A stretch of 64,000 nt of DNA from Bacteroidales bacterium (GTDB lineage: Bacteria; Bacteroidota; Bacteroidia; Bacteroidales; VadinHA17), in NCBI GenBank assembly GCA_021738535.1, contig JAIPBU010000012.1:7095-71094 (forward strand), written 5' to 3'. This document shows, piece after piece, positions 63,941 through 64,000 of this stretch. The translations under genes and the position numbers were made by a program. Every line of letters begins with the position of its first letter. The first letter of the stretch is position 1. The notes under the pieces are model-generated. The model searched no databases and was not told where the DNA came from. It worked only from the letters and a program-made list of their open reading frames with translations.

Positions 63941-64000
63941 ATTAATCTGGCATAAGGTGCTGGACAATAAGTCTGATCTGGCAGATGGACGTGTAATCAG
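63930..64000 (+). CDS. Start of a further gene (3' end outside the window)
   Basis: ATG 63930 opens the frame MKDKLIWHKVLDNKSDLADGRVI, which runs to the window end. It is too short for a family call. Confidence 0.3.
   Translation, partial: MKDKLIWHKVLDNKSDLADGRVI

Noticed and set aside
1-64000. Many 60-170-aa ORFs on the track lying antisense to or inside the large genes. Examples are 303-626(-), 3248-3685(-), 18468-18920(-), 19155-19484(-), 24171-24566(-), 32550-33050(-), 35010-35345(-), 50565-50990(+), 55893-56318(-), 57051-57512(-) and 59172-59570(-).
   Set aside because: These are shadow ORFs of well-supported genes on the other strand or in another frame. They have low-complexity or Ser/Leu/Ile-rich composition and no motifs.
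1-64000. Mobile element, prophage or defence island boundaries
   Set aside because: I recognised no integrase, transposase, recombinase, phage structural gene, tRNA gene or flanking long direct repeat. The only long repeat is the local tandem array.

Overview
This 64-kb segment looks like chromosome from an anaerobic Bacteroidota-type organism. It is AT-rich, gene-dense and rich in lipoproteins, TonB receptors and ECF sigma factors. It carries HYC_CC_PP, FISUMP and LVIVD-type families, and TAnnTTTG -7 boxes occur at 17747, 59068, 60778 and 9122 (minus strand). I support about 62 protein genes. I recognised no rRNA, tRNA, CRISPR, transposase or integrase. All family calls come from reading motifs by eye, with no searches run.

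Layout:
- 0-20 kb: surface and signalling genes. These are a serpin fragment, an ECF sigma pair, a 1552-aa periplasmic sensor fused to a PP2C phosphatase, and a LytS-type kinase with a LuxR-output regulator. A tight 4-gene surface operon containing a secreted caspase-like peptidase follows them.
- 20-27.6 kb: a TonB receptor, an AmpG/RhtX-like MFS permease and hemN-hemY-hemH.
- 27.6-64 kb: a mosaic of metal, metalloid, thiol and halogen modules. It contains Rieske/beta-barrel/YceI, an HYC_CC_PP-CusA-TolC-adaptor efflux set, an HMA protein, Crp/Fnr, and a hemerythrin + pseudo-receiver LuxR pair with FeoAB, a porin and an FMN_bind lipoprotein. It also contains an 8-gene ars operon, an ECF sigma with an RsrA-like zinc anti-sigma and PP2C sensor plus thioredoxin-fold genes, a GDCCVxC protein, a HEAT-peroxiredoxin fusion, and a MarR-rdhA-rdhB-rdhC-like reductive dehalogenase cluster.

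The most unusual signals not explained by genes are:
1. A perfect head-to-tail array of seven 74/75-bp units, each with two GC hairpins. It fills the whole spacer between the efflux operon and the HMA gene (38390-38930).
2. Three copies of a CTGTCAGG-N14/15-CGACT(A/G) promoter-like motif in front of the thiol/redox genes downstream of the ECF sigma/anti-sigma pair.
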